64,000 nt of DNA, taken from NCBI RefSeq assembly GCF_963921235.1, contig NC_086097.1:171618001-171682000 (forward strand). The letters are read 5' to 3'. The position numbers and the translations under genes are program-made. Origin of the DNA: Mobula hypostoma (taxonomy: Eukaryota). The notes under the pieces are model-generated. The model worked only from the letters and a program-made list of their open reading frames with translations. It made no database searches and was not told where the DNA came from. This document shows, in pieces, positions 1 through 13,439 of this stretch; position 1 is the stretch's first letter; each line of letters opens with the position of its first letter.

Positions 1-44
1 AAAGCTTCGTTTTCAGAATTATCCGGCGTAGTGTGGACGTAGCC
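1..44. mobile_element. Right end of a PIF/Harbinger-like MITE (cut by window start)
   Basis: Ends in GTAGTGTGGACGTAGCC (reverse complement GGCTACGTCCACACTAC, typical of Harbinger TIRs) followed by TGA (TNA-type target). Confidence 0.55.
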
Positions 45-924
45 TGAGTCTACAAACCCTGCAGTGGAGCCTCCATACCAGGTTATAATTCTGATCAGAA
101 TGCTGTCTACTATACATCTGTAGACCTTTGCTAGAGTGTTTGGTGATGTACTAAATCTCCTCAGACTTCTCAAGCAGAGGGAAGGGTTGTAGCAAAATCT
201 AGCAGTTGATTGCTGGATCCAAGTGAGGGGGATGATGGGCAGATAAGGGAATGATGACAGAGGGAGGAAGAAATCATTCCTATTCTTCACCCCTCCTTCA
301 TTTACCAACTCTTGCTCCACTCCTTCCCTTCACCTCTTTATATTGGCTATCTAATCTCTTTATTGCAGCCCAGCTGGAAAGTCATTACTCAAAACAATAA
401 TTATCTATTTCCCTCTTGTAAAAGTTACTTTATATACATTTTTGGTCAACTCAAAATTTTTTGTGTCAAACCATTTCCATTCACAAAACCACTTTGAATC
501 ATATCACCATGAAATAGCACTCCAAAATCAACACTGCAAGATGAAATTACACACGATCTAATCATACGTTTAACCAACAGCTCTGCCTGCGGCATTTTCA
601 TGCCAAATGAATGCATCTTTCCTTCAGACCTTTTCATGGAGATGTTGGTTTCAGGCAATAAATCCAGGTACTCTTACTGTATATTACACCTATAAATTAT
701 TTATATGTTCTTCTTTATTTTAGATCTTTTTTTTACTCTCCAGTAGGCGAGAACAGAAGAGAAGGTCCAGATGGGTCAGGTACCAGGAGAGACTAGATGT
801 CACAATGGTGCTGGGAGCAGCTTTAAAAGTCTGGGGAAGGCTCTTGAACTACAGAAGGCAATTCTGGTGGTAGTATAAGTAGAAGGTTAAAAAAAAACCC
901 TGTAAAATAAACAGGGGAATCATA

Positions 925-1300
925 GTTATAGAATTACAGAGTACTACAGCATAGAAACAGGCCCTTCGGCCCATCTAATCATACCAACAATTTTCTGCCT
1001 AGTCCTATCTACACCCACCTGGAGCATATCCCACCAAATCCCTCCCATCCATGTACTAATCCAAACCTTTCTTAAATATTATAAATGAAATCACATCTAT
1101 CATTTCTGTTGGCAACTTCTTCCATACTCACACTACCATCTGAGTTTCCCTTCAGATTCTTCTCAAATATTTCGCCCTCCACGCTAAAATTATGACCTCC
1201 TGTTGTAGTCTTGTTCAAGTTATGGGGAAAAAATTTGCTTGTACTGACCCTGTCTATACGCTCATAATTTTGTATACTGCTGTAAGATCTCTCCTTATTC
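925..1300 (-). mobile_element. CR1 LINE 3' end, decayed
   Basis: Tail acagcatagaaacaggcccttcggccc; residual RT C-terminus in ORF 1072..1413 similar to other CR1 copies here. Confidence 0.7.
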
Positions 1301-1649
1301 TCATGTGCACCAGCGACTCTTGTCACAGCTGCCACAGAGAATGGGTGCAGTCGTAGGCAAGCAGCTGAAAGAAGGGTCTTTTTAACCTTGCAGTTTCTTA
1401 ACTCGACCCACAATGCTTCTATATTTTCTGATCCTATATCACCTCTTTCTTAAAATTTGATTTCATTTTTACCAACAGAGCCATCCCATCACTTTGCTTA
1501 CTTGCCTGTCCTTTCGAAACAATACGTATGCTTGGAAGTTAAGCTTCTAATTACTATCTTCTTTCAGGCACTTTCTTCCAACCATGATCATTTTTTTTTC
1601 CCTGTGGTGGATTGGGCTGTATCCATTACTTTTCAGAGGCTCTTTTATT

Positions 1650-2754
1650 CTTGTGCATTTGTATTTCCATACCAGGCCGTGATGCAACTAGTCAGGATAC
1701 TCTCCACTGTGCATCTATAGAAATTCGTCAAAGTTTTTGATGGTATGCTGAATCTATACAAACTTCTAAGAAAGTAGAGGTGCTGTGTGCCATCTTTGTA
1801 CTGGCACTTACATGCTGGTCACAGGACAGATCTTCTGATATGATAATGCCAAGGATTTTGAATTTGCTGACCCTCTCCACCCTTGATCTCCTAATTTGGA
1901 CTAGCTCATAGATCTCTGGTTTTCTCCTCTTACAGTCAATAATGATGTCTGATCAATAATGATGGGTGATTGTGATTGATTTTAGGAGGAAGCGGACGGT
2001 AATGAGTCCTGTATACATTCTGGGAGAAGAAGTCAAGGTGGTGGAGGAGTAAAAGTACTTGGGTGTTCACCTCTACAACAGACCTGACTGGAAAACCAAC
2101 ACCAAGGCTGTTTACAAGAAAGGGATGAGCAGACTCTATTTTTTTAGGAAGCTGAGATCCTTCAATGTGTGCAGCAAGATGTTGGAGATCTTTTACCAGT
2201 CTGTTGTAGCGAATGCAGTTTTCTTTGTGGCTTTATGTTGGGTGAGCAGCATCGGTGCTGGTGGTGTAAAAAGACTAAATAAACTCATCAAAAGGGCTGG
2301 ATCCGTCCATGGCTACAACCCAGACTCCTTTGAGTTAGTGGTGGAGAGGAGGTTACCAAGCAAATTGTTATCCATTATGGACAACCTGTCATGACAACTG
2401 AATAAGTAGCAGAGCTCCATTTCAAACAGGCTCATTCAGCTCCTCTGTCAAGGATTGTTACAGAAAATCTTTCCTTCCAAATGTAGCAAGCATATACAAC
2501 AGTTCATCTCTGTGCAACAGGCTAACACACATCATAGTACAATAGTCTCCGTTTTTTTATTTTGTACATTATTGCACAGTATTGCACCTTATTGCACATT
2601 GGTAAATTACTATTGTGTATTTTATTATTCTGTACTTTATTATTGGTTAATGTTATTATTATATTTATTATTATTTACTATTATTGTTAATTGTGTTTTA
2701 AAATTTTGCTACTGTACAAAATAATTTCCCACGGGATCAATAGAGTTCTTCTTC

Positions 2755-2786
<32 letters not shown>

Positions 2787-3360
2787 CAGATTTTGGTTTT
2801 GCTGATATTGAATGAGAGGTTGTTGTTGTGGCACCATTCAAGCAGATTTTCATTCTCCCTCCTATATGCTAATTTATTACAACCTTTAATTCAGCCAGTA
2901 ACAGTGGTGTTGTCAGCACAATTGATTATAGCTTTGGAGCTGTACTTATCCTCATAGTCATAAGTATGAAGTAAGTAGAGAAGGCTTATCATATAGCCTT
3001 GTGCAGATGGTGATTGTGGAGGAAACATTGCAAATTTGTACTGATTGGACTTTCGAAGCAAGGAAATTAAGGATCTAGTTACACAAGGAGGTACTGAGGA
3101 CTAGGTCTTGTAGCTTATTGATACATTTCAAGGAAATGATAATGTTGAATGCTGAGGTATAGTCAATGAATTTTCATCCTGATTTATGCATTTTCATTGT
3201 CCAGATGTTCCAGAGCTGAGTGAAAGGACAATGAAATGGTATCTGCTGTGGACCTGTTGTAACAGTGGGCAAATTGGAGCAGATCCAAGTCATTCCTCAG
3301 GCAGGAGTTGATATGCTTCATGGCCAGCCTCTTACAGCACTTTATCACAGTGGATGTACT
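1650..3360 (-). mobile_element. Rex1/Babar-like LINE RT fragment, interrupted by an opposite-strand LINE
   Basis: ORF 3184..3435 (DLDLLQFAHCYNRSTADTISL) is Rex1-type RT; segments 1650-1945 and 2784-3360 are colinear parts of one element. Confidence 0.7.
1965..2783 (+). mobile_element. Rex1-like LINE 3' part with (TTA)n tail
   Basis: ORF 2059..2394 (KKGMSRLYFFRKLRSFNVCSKMLEIFYQSVV) is the RT C-terminal region; AT-rich 3'UTR ends in (CTT)n(ATT)n near 2746-2783. Confidence 0.8.
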
Positions 3361-4119
3361 ACTGGGATTGCAGGCTATCACATCACGAGGAGGAGGAGAA
3401 AAATAGCTAAGCAAATGCCATATTCTTCCAAACATCCACAGATTCAGGGATGGTACCTAAGGCCTGGAGTACTCCAGAAGTATTCTAATCAGGAGTAGAA
3501 TTCGCAATTATTCAGGTAAGCATGGATGAATCAGCAAAAACCAATACCAATTCTTAAAGCCCATTCATATCCATCTCATAGAATCCTTTGATAAAGCAGG
3601 TGAAAATGTGACTGAAGAATACATGGTTGATGTTAGATATATTGGCTCTAAAAGGAATTTAATAAAGTGGCACATAGTGAACATATCAAGATTAAAGAAC
3701 ACAGAATAGAAGGTGGCATATGAAGAGAAAATTGACTATCAATGCAGGTAATAGTAGTGATTAGAGAGACATATGCAATGATCTTCCTCCATTATTATGA
3801 CCACTGCTTCTCCTGGGTATATATTAATGACTTAGACTTGGCTGAACGGGGTACAATTTGCTTTTGGCATGTAGCTTAAACCTAGGAGACATAGAGAACT
3901 GTGAAGGGACATACTAGCAGTTTTCAAAGAGATTAAGGCAGGCTGGTGATTGATGACATTTAGAGCTGTGAAATATGATGGGCTACATCTTTTTAGAAGA
4001 AGAAAAGGGATATTTTAAATTAGAGGGCATAATACTAAAGTGAATACATGTGGTTAGTGAGATCTGGAAGTATATGTATATAGTTCAGTGACATTGTTTG
4101 GACTGGCAGAAAGACAGGG

Positions 4120-6860
4120 ACCATACAGAGATACAGAGACCAGAGCAAAAGTTAGAAAAGAGAAAATTCCAAGTGGAATATAGAAAAGTCAAATGCAAAG
4201 GGTACAAAATTGCTAGATTCTAGATTGACAATGCGTGTAAGGGTACTTTATCCGAACACCCGTAGTATTCAAAAGAAGCTCAGTGGACTTGTGGAGCAAC
4301 AAAGTACAAAGGGGTATGACTTTATGGTTATTACAGAAAAGATGTTGCAAGATAGAGACGACTGGGAATTAAATATCCAGTGGTATCAGGTAATACAGAA
4401 GGATAATCAGGAAGGTAAGGGAGGTGGGGTGATGTTCTTAAGTTTGAATAAATCAGAGCAATAGTGAGAGACAATATAAAATTCAAGAAGTAGAATTTTG
4501 AGTCCCTCTAGGTATATATTAGGAATAGTAATGGAAATTTCACTGGTGGGAGTTGTTTATAGGCCACTGAATAATAACATAACAGAAGCACGGGAAATAG
4601 ACCATGAAATATCTGAAACACACACGAATGGAACGGCAGTTATGTGGGAGGACTATAACTCGTACAGAGTTTTGTCGAATCAAGTTGGTCGAGGCTGTCT
4701 TGAAGTGCACTCATAGAATTCCTCAGTGATAACTTTCTTGTGTAGCATGTTAGTGAAACTACAATGGAAAGTGCCACCCTAGATCTGACCCTGTGGAATA
4801 AGAAAGGGAAAATTAATGATCTTATAATTAGGAATCTTCTTGGAAAAAGTGCTCACAGAATGATTAAATTTCTCACAAAGAGGATGCAATATTGCAATAT
4901 AAAACCAATGTATTGTGCTTAAACAAAATGGGATGAGGTTGGAGCCAGCTAACATAGAATGGAACACAGGATACGTTGTGGGATAGTTGAGGAACAGTGA
5001 AAGACTTTCAAAGAACTATTTCACCATGTTCAATGAAAGCATATTCCAGTAAAAAATAAGGACAGTAGGGTTGGGGAGAGCCAGCCTTGGATAACTAAGT
5101 AAATAAAATAAAGTATCAAACTAAAGGCTCATTCATACAAAGTTTCCAAGAGTTTTGGGAAACTGGAAGATTGAGAATACTTTAAAGAGCAATAAAAAAA
5201 ACATCAAGCAAGCATTAAGGAAAGGGAAGATAGATTATGAAAGTAAACTAGCACCACATATAAAACAAAACAGTAAACATTTTTATAATTATAAGAAGCA
5301 GCAATGGTGGTTAAAATGAACATAGGTCCCTTGAAAGATGAGAACTGGAATTAATAATGGGAAATGGGAAAATATGACTATCTTGTGTCAGTCTTCACAG
5401 TAAAAGACGTCTGACATGCCGAAGAAGATGGTCTGAAAGCAAGGGGAGGTAAAGACCTCAGTACAATCATGCAAGAGGTAATGATGAGCAAACTAACAGG
5501 CTTAAAGGTGGACAAGTCCCCTGATCCTGATGGGATGCATCCTGGGATACTGACAGAAATGGTGAAAGTTATAGTAGACATGCTTGTGATAATTTTTCCA
5601 AAATTCCTTATACTCTGGGCAGGTCCTGGTAGATTGGAAGACAGAGAATATCATGCCATTGTTTAAAAAAAGATGTAGGCAAACAGCAGGTAACAATAGG
5701 CCAGTTAGCTTAACATCTGCAATCAGGAAAATGCTTTTAAGTTATGATTAAGGAAAGATAACATGACATATGGATAGAAGTGGTTCCATCAGGCAGGCAC
5801 AGAATGGTTTCATGAAGGGCAAGTCTTGTTTGAGCAACTTGCTGGAGTTCTTTGAGGATATCATGATCTCAGTGAATAAAAGGGAACAGGTGGATTCTGA
5901 ACACTTGGATTCCAGAAGGTGGTCGATAAGGTGCCACATAAATGACTTATTCATAAGATGCATGGGGTTGGGGTTCTTGTATTAACACAGATAGAGGATT
6001 GGTTAGTCAACAAATGGAAGGGAGTTGGGATAAACGGGTGTTGGCAATCAGTGGAGAGCAAAGTGCAACAGGGGTCAGTGCTGGACCCACAAATATTCGC
6101 AAGATATAGGAACAATTTTGTAGAGTGGGCCAAGTATAGCAGAACTAAGTTTTCTGATGACACAAAAGTGAGCAGAAAAGCAAATTGTGCAGAGGATGTG
6201 GAAAGTCTGCAGAGAAAAATAGATAGGGTAAGTGAGTGGGTAAATGTTTGGCAGATGGAGTACAATGTTGATCTATGTGAGTGATAGATTGCAGTGACAT
6301 ATTTGGAAGAAAAACTAGATCAGAATATTATTTAAATAATGAAAGATCACAGTATGCTGTTGTGCAGAGAGATCTGGGAGTGCTTGTGCATGAATTATAA
6401 AAGATTGGTTTTCAGGGAAACAGGTTATCAAGAACGCAAATGGAATATTGACCTTCATTGCAAGAGGGATTGAATTTAAGAGCAGGGAGATTATGCTGCA
6501 ACTGTACAGGGTACTGATAAGGTTGTCCCTGGAGCACTGCATGCATTTTGGAGACAGTACAGAGGAGGTAAACCAGATTGGTTCAGGAGATAAGGGTGTT
6601 GGCTTATGAAGAGAGATTGAGTGTCCTGGGACTATATTTGCTAGCATTCAAATAAATAAAGATGCAATCTCATAGAAGTATATTAAACTATGAAAGGGAT
6701 ATATAGGATAGAGTAGGAAAGATGTTTTCACTGGTTAGTAAGACTAGAACTAGGGGACATAACCTCAAGGATTGGGGGAATAGATTTAGGACTGAGATCA
6801 GGAGAAATTGCTTTTACTGGAGAGAAGTAATTCTGTAAAAATGTGTTCTCTGGAAGCAGT
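4120..6860 (+). mobile_element. CR1 LINE ORF2 (APE endonuclease + RT), heavily frameshifted
   Basis: ORF pieces 4210..4464 (endonuclease start, GKGGGV), 5469..5666 (DKSPDPDGMHP), 5770..5985 (QNGFMKGKSCLSNLLEFFE), 5958..6284 (QGSVLDP, KFSDDTK); 3' remnants resume near 7675 and 8372-8455. Confidence 0.9.
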
Positions 6861-7670
6861 TCAAAGTTTAAAGTAAATTTATTCTCAAAGTACATATATG
6901 TCACCATACACAACCCTGAGATTAATTTCCTTGTGGGCATACTCAGTAAATCCAAGAATCATTAGAGAGTCAATGAAAGACTGCACTCAGCAGTGCAAAC
7001 TACCAATGTGCAAAAGACCATGCAAATACAAAAGAAAAAAAGAATAATCATAATAAATAAATAAGCAATAAATATCAAGAACATGAGATGGAGAATCTTT
7101 GAAAGTGAGTCCATAGGTTGTGGAAACAGTTCAGTGATGAGCCAAGTGAAGTCGAGTGAAGTTATCCTCACTGTTTCAAGAGACTGATGGTTGAGGGCTA
7201 ATAATTGTTCCTGAACCTATTGCTGTGAGTCCTGAAGCTCCTGTATCTTCTTCCTGGTGGCAGTAGTGATCCTTCTTAGCGTGTCGCACCAGACAGTCAG
7301 CCATTTTTGTCTGGCGCATAGTGTCAGGATTTGTCTCCTTTCTGATTAACCGGGTCACGATATGAATGTTCCTGACTCGACCCATGTTTTTTACGAGGCC
7401 AAGTGGCTAGCTCGACGCTCAACCCAGCATGGATGGAAAGTGTGCTTGGTGGGTGGCCCGACTTAGATTCGAACTTGGGAGCCTTCACTCCGAAGATCGA
7501 TGCTGATGCCACTGCGCCACCAGCAGTAGTGGTAAGACAGCATCACCTGGGTGATGGGGGTTCTTAATGGTGGATGCTACTTTCCTGTGACAATGCTTTG
7601 TGTAGATACGCTCAATGGAGGGGAGGGCTTTACCCATGATGGACTGGGCCATATCCACTACTTTTTGTAG
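6861..7670 (-). mobile_element. Rex1-like LINE 3' end inserted in CR1
   Basis: Tail aataaatttactttaaactttgaa on the minus strand; same 3'UTR family as 26450-27775 and 38607-39513. Confidence 0.8.
7269..7522 (-). mobile_element. tRNA-derived SINE with 9-bp TSD
   Basis: Minus strand begins TGGTGGCGCAGTGG (A box), then GTTCGAATC (B box); GCAGTAGTG duplicated at 7260-7268 and 7523-7531. Confidence 0.85.
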
Positions 7671-7822
7671 CTACTCAGTAGAGGTTACTTGATTAAATAA
7701 ATCTTAGCAACAGCTTCTTCCTCATGACCATTAGATTTTAAATGGACAATGAACCCATGTACACTGCCTTACTATTTGTTTCTTTTTCTTTGCTCTCTTT
7801 TTGCACTAATTATTTATGTATA

Positions 7823-8372
7823 CGATACTATGCAAGTCTTAGGCATATATATATTGCTAGTGTGTTCACGACTTTTGAAAGGAACTGTACTTGTCATCAT
7901 GGAATGAAGATCAAGTTTGTAAATCTGGTGGGAGCAAAGGATGTTGGGAATGATGAATGTGGAGTGCCAATGGAGGATTGTGGGACTGGTGACAAAGAAG
8001 GAGTGCTGGGGCGGGGGAGGGGGGAGGTGCAGGTAGTCATACTTTATTGATCCCGGGGGAAATCCCGAGGTGCAGATACAACCAGTTCTGAGACACAGGG
8101 GAAGGTCACTTGATCGCAAACAGTTGGTTTAGTGATCATTACAGAATGTCTCTCTTGTGCTACCTGCACTCTCCACTCTCCTTTCTCTTTTTCTCAACCA
8201 TGATTCTCCTCTCCCTGCCCTCTTCCCAATCTCAGACCACAATAGAGACTCATATCAGAATCAGGTTTATCATCACTCAAATACGTCATGAAATTTGTTT
8301 CTTTTGTTGCAGCAGTACAATGCAATACATAAAATTACTACAGTATTATGCAAGTTTTAGGCATCCTAGCTG
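7823..8372. mobile_element. Degenerate Tc1/mariner-like non-autonomous remnant
   Basis: TIR-like motif ta-cagtattatgcaagttttaggca near 8339 and a similar copy near 7823 with an imperfect inverted partner ending near 7888. Confidence 0.35.
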
Positions 8373-9721
8373 AAATAGCAATGACCTTATTGAATTGAGG
8401 AGCAGGCTCGATGGGCCAGATGGCCTACTCCTGCTTCTAATTCTATGTTCTTATATTTTTATGGCAGGCTGAGAAAGAGATTTCAAAAGTATGTTGTATG
8501 CTGGGTTTTATAAAGGAGATCACAGAGAGCAAGAAGAAAATGTCATGGTGGACCTTTATACAATGCAAAAAGGTAAACTGGAGAAAGAACCCAAAGGATT
8601 AGACTGCATCGGTGGAGACAGGGAGAAGCTTGATATTTCAGGATAAGACCTTATATCATGACTAAGAGTGTAGAGGGATGATGCCCAGTACATGGAAATG
8701 AGGGATGGTTGGGGCAGGGACAGTTTGGTGCTAGGTGAAATCAGGTAAAGGAGGGATAATGGGTAGGTGGAACCACGTGAGGAAGGAAATTAGTAAAGGG
8801 TGAATGAAAGAAGAAGAATCTCATGTGGATTGGTTTGTGGGTGATGGTGGTTGGAACTGGGTGGTTTGGGTAATGTACCTGGGTAATCAGATGGAGGGAG
8901 ATTTGGAAGGGGTAAGCAAAAGGAGAGAGAACTCAGGGAAATTGGTGTGAGCGGGAAAGGAACACTATCTTGACTACAAGAATGATATTTTCAGTTCTGG
9001 ATGCTGCTCTTTAGGAAAGATGCAAAGTGAGTTCAGATCTGGAGCAGAAGAGGTATTTCAGGGCTTCCAACAGCAGAAACTTTGCTTCCGGCTTCTGAGG
9101 CCTTGCTGTTGTTTGTGGCCTTCGCTGCCCTGTGGAAGGGCTCTCAGGCGTAGAGAGCTGGCCCAGATGGACACACTGGACACTGAGTGGGTGAGGCCTA
9201 AGATGACTGGGCCAAATAAATGTCCCTGTTCCGGATCCAGCTGAAGGCTGATATTTACTTATAGGGTATCCCAGGGCTCAATGTGTAAACTACAGTTGTT
9301 GGATTGGAGATGGTGATATCCAGAAGGTTCTTCGGAAGTAAAATCTGAAGTGAAAACAACCATTTTATTGGATGTTATGGGGAAATGGCAGATAGTTGAG
9401 CTGAAGGGTCAACCATGATCTTATTGAATGGTGGAACAGACTCAACAGGCCTAATTGCCTACTGCTGCTCCTATTTCTTGAGTTCATCATGGTAGAGGTG
9501 GGACGGTCAGCCTGATTCAGCATGTAAAGCAGATAAGTAAGGAACTGTAACTGTAATGAACTGCAGGTGGTTGTACCTGGCAATAACTGACCAGCTGTAA
9601 CTATGTCTGGCTGTAAACTGGCTATAACTGTGACTGTAACAAAAGAATATGAGCACATGGTTTGCTTTCATATTGCAAACTGGCTTGGACCAGTTAGAGA
9701 AAAGAAATGAGTTTATCAGGT

Positions 9722-9816
9722 GCAACACACACAAAATGCTGAAGGAACTCAGCAATTCAGACAGCATTATGGAGAGGAATAAACAGCTGATGTTTCAGGC
9801 CGAGACTCTTCATCAG
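9722..9816 (-). repeat. Penelope pLTR-derived repeat with hammerhead ribozyme core
   Basis: Minus strand CTGATGA-AGAGTCTCGGCCT-GAAAC-ATC followed by the same tail as the Penelope element at 20380-20485. Confidence 0.65.
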
Positions 9817-10811
9817 TTTATCTGGCACTGATTCAATCACACTTCAGATTCTCAGACATAAAAACTGCAAGAGTATGTGGTTTCAGGACAGGGAAATAAA
9901 AGGGTAGAAATCAGAATAAGAAGGTTGGGTTCTGGGATAAAGTACAAGCTGACAGCTGATAAGTGAAACCAAATGAGGGGTAAGGAGGGTAGGTGGAAGA
10001 GGAAGTACAAAGCTGGGAGGTGATAGGTGGAAAAAGTAAAGGGCTGAAGAAGAAGGAACCTGATAGGAGAGGACAGCGGACTATGGAAGAAAGGGAAAGA
10101 GGAGGGAAAGAGGAGGGAACAGAGGGAGGCGATGGGCAGGTGAGAAGAAGTGGAAACTAATCTCAGCATTGCTGCCAACTTTGGTTCCACATTAAAAATG
10201 TTACATAAAGAAGAGGACCTCCTATAGACAATGCCAGCCTCTCTCTAGGAATAAAAGTGGAAAGATTGTAAGAGTCGTGCACTTCGCTCAGTTGACCATA
10301 CCATATGAAATTTGACTTTAACAATTTGAAGACTTTTCGGCTATCAGTTCATGCTTCAGTCAGAGATCCTATAATCTCTTTTCCAGAATGTTTCCAATTT
10401 GTAATGAGAACAAGCTCTCCAAATCCCCACCAGCCGAGTCTGATTTGCAAATATCATTTTGAACATGATTTAGTTTATTTTATTCTTGAATCCAATGGAC
10501 ACAGCTGCAAAAATGATCTTCAGTCCGATTCACTTTGTGGTGAGGTAGAACAGCAGCTTCTCTTTCTCTCTTTGCAATTTATGAACAGTGTTTCCTTTTC
10601 TGTACCTATTAGAAGATAAGAAATGGTAGTAAAAGTAGGTCATTCAGTCCTACCAACTTGTTCCACTTTTCCATATCAATACTCTCATGCACAATTCCCT
10701 CCTGGTAATTCATAAGTCTATCAATATATTCAAAAACCTGGCATTCTCGCACCAGGGATTGCAGAGATTCACAACGTTCCAAGAACTGGCTAGGAATTTT
10801 TCACATAGATG

Positions 10812-11190
10812 AAGGGTGACCTTATGGAGGTTTATAAAATTATGAGTGGCATCGGTAAGGTGGATAGTCTCAGTCCTCCGGGGGGGGGGGGGTGTCTAAA
10901 ACTAGAGGACATAGGTTTAAGGTGAGAAAGCAGAAATTTAAAGGTTACTTGAGGGGTCAACATTTTCACACAGAGTATATATGGAATGTGCTGCCAGAGG
11001 AATAGGTAAAGGTGGGTACAATTCATAACACTGATAAAAAAACATTTGAGTGAGTGCTTGGACAAGAGAAGTTGAGACAGGTATGGGCCTAACGCAGGCA
11101 TATGAAACTGGCTCAGGCAGGAAACTTGTTCAACATGGATAAATGGGGCAGAAGGCCCTATTTCCATGCTGTATAACTCTATGGTTCTTA
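10812..11190 (+). mobile_element. CR1 LINE 3' end
   Basis: gggtgaccttatggaggtttataaaattatg through gaaggccctatttccatgctgtataactctatggttcttat, a typical CR1 end. Confidence 0.75.
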
Positions 11191-11754
11191 TAAGATTAGA
11201 TTGCTCCTTGGTTAACATATGCACAGTATTTAATGTACGGTCTTTCCAGAAGCATTTGCTATAAAGGTATATAGCAACAGCAGTTACTCAGCTGAGAATA
11301 CTTTCAACTCCATATTAGAAAGTTGTGTGATGATGTTGATTGAAGCAATGTTTTCAAACTGAGGAATGAAAGGTTCAGATGGCAGCATGGATTATAGAAC
11401 TGCCAGTTCCTTTACTGCAGAGACAATCCAGAGGCACAGGTTTAGAACCTAGCCTCGATGCTAGGGAGTTAAAATTCAATCAGTAATGTAAATATGGAAT
11501 TAATGACACCCAAGCTATCATAACAGGTAATATGATTCACCAATAGACAAGTGGATTCAATCTGAAACATTGCCTGTTCTCTATTCACATATGATACCTC
11601 ACTTACTGAGTGTTTTCAACATTCGTTTTTGTTTCAGAATTTCAGCATCTGCAGTTTTAAAAAAAATTTTTTGAAGCACTGACACCCCTTATCTGTTTTC
11701 CTTGTCCTCCCTAGCCTATACTTGTCTTCAAACCTATACTTGAGTGGCTATACT

Positions 11755-12145
11755 TCATTCTGAATGGTTGCATCACAGCGTGCTATGAAGGTTCAATGCA
11801 CAGAATCGAAAAAAGCTGCACAGCCAATTCTGCAGAGCCAATTCCATCATGGCAGTAGCCTCCCCACCATCGAGAACGTCCTCAGCATGCGGTGCCTCAA
11901 ATATGCAGCACCCGTCACTGGGACCCTCGCCATCCAGGGCATGCCCTCTTCTCACTGCTGCCATCAGGGAGGAGGTAGGGCAACCTGAAGATGCATACTC
12001 AGCAGCTTAGAAACAGCTTCTTCCCTGCACCATCAGATTTATGAACAGTCCGTGGACTCTCTCACTATTTCGCTCTCTTTCTGCACTACTTATTTAGTTG
12101 TTTTATATTTCTTATTGTAACTTAGAGTACTTCCTGTGCATTCTG
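11755..12145 (+). mobile_element. Rex1-like LINE 3' fragment
   Basis: ctgccatcagggaggaggtag...cagcttcttccc motif shared with other Rex1 copies. Confidence 0.7.
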
Positions 12146-12809
12146 TGAGAATCATGCCGTAGAGAATAAAACACTTTTACAACAAGGTCTATTTTGAGGC
12201 AAAAAGTGCTGTGTATCTTCAGTTTTTAAGTCATAAACCTCCTTGGAACTCTCTGCATCAAGGAGGTAGTCACTCTGGGCACAAGACTGCATCGAGAAAC
12301 AACAATGGGTAAATTAACATATGGAAAACAAACAAGTTCAAGAGTTGAATGTTTTGAATACATCTCAGAGAGAGGACAGATTGATGGACTGATTCCAAGT
12401 CTGGAGAGAAGGATGGAAATGAAATACAATGTGGAATTGTTGCCTGGTTGAGCAGAAATAACAGATCTTTCTTTATCTTTGGGGAATTTTGTTATTCATA
12501 TAATAGTACTGAATATTCAGTTACAACAAAGACAGTAAACTAGATCATATTCCAATTAAACATCTGTCAATAAATGAAGGCACATCTACAAAAGAGAGAG
12601 AGAATGAATTTCTTTCTCTCTCTACAACCAATATCAAATTTAAATATAAGAAATTAAAAGTTAAAAACAAAGAGTATAGACAGAAATGCTGGAGCCAATG
12701 GAATCCTAGGCCAGAGGATATCAGCAATAAAAGAAGGCAGTTTCAGATCAAGGGAAATACTTTGCTTTGGGTGTAGCCAGGGTTGCTGTGAGAATAAACT
12801 GTAAGCTAT

Positions 12810-13360
12810 CTGTTTGTAAATTGATAATTTAGTTTATTATTTTCACGTGTACTGCGGTACAGTGGAAAATTTTCATACATGCCATTCACATACAGTATTT
12901 CATCACTGAGGTAATGCAAAGAGAAAGCAATTACAGAATACAGGATGGAGTGTGGCATATACAAAGGTAATGCAGCGCAGGCAGGCAATAAACTGCCAGG
13001 ACGTAACAAGGTAGATTGGAAGATCAAGAGTTCATCTTATCACGCTAGGGAACAATTCAAAAGCCTTATAACAGTGGGATAGAAACTGTCCTTGAGCCTA
13101 GTGCTGTGTGCTTTCAGGCCTTTTTATCTTCTGCCCAATGAGGAGAGAAGTGAGAATGTCTGGGTGGCTGGGATCTTTGACTATGCTGGCTGCTTTACCA
13201 AGACTGAGAGAGGTGCAGACAAAGTTCATGGAGGGGATGTTCGTCCACAACTATCTGCAGTTTCTTGCAGTCTCAGGCAGATCAGCTGTCACAGCAAACT
13301 GTGGTGCATCCAGATAGGATGTTTTCTTAAATAAAAATCAATCAGTGTCAAAGGGACTTG
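12810..13360 (-). mobile_element. Rex1/L2-like LINE 3' fragment
   Basis: Same 3'UTR family as 34200-34490, 46980-47280 and 55880-56130. Confidence 0.6.
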
Positions 13361-13439
13361 CTAAGGGGGAGGGGGAGAGAGAGAGTGATAGAGGGAGGTA
13401 GAGGTAGATAGATGGATAGAAAGAGTGGGAAAGAGAGAA

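Noticed and set aside
7440..7522. tRNA gene
   Set aside because: A and B boxes are present but it is the head of a TSD-flanked SINE; no full cloverleaf is evident.
10474..10605. Minus-strand terminal exon with AATAAA
   Set aside because: The acceptor overlaps a decayed CR1 tail, two frames are equally open and neither peptide is recognisable.
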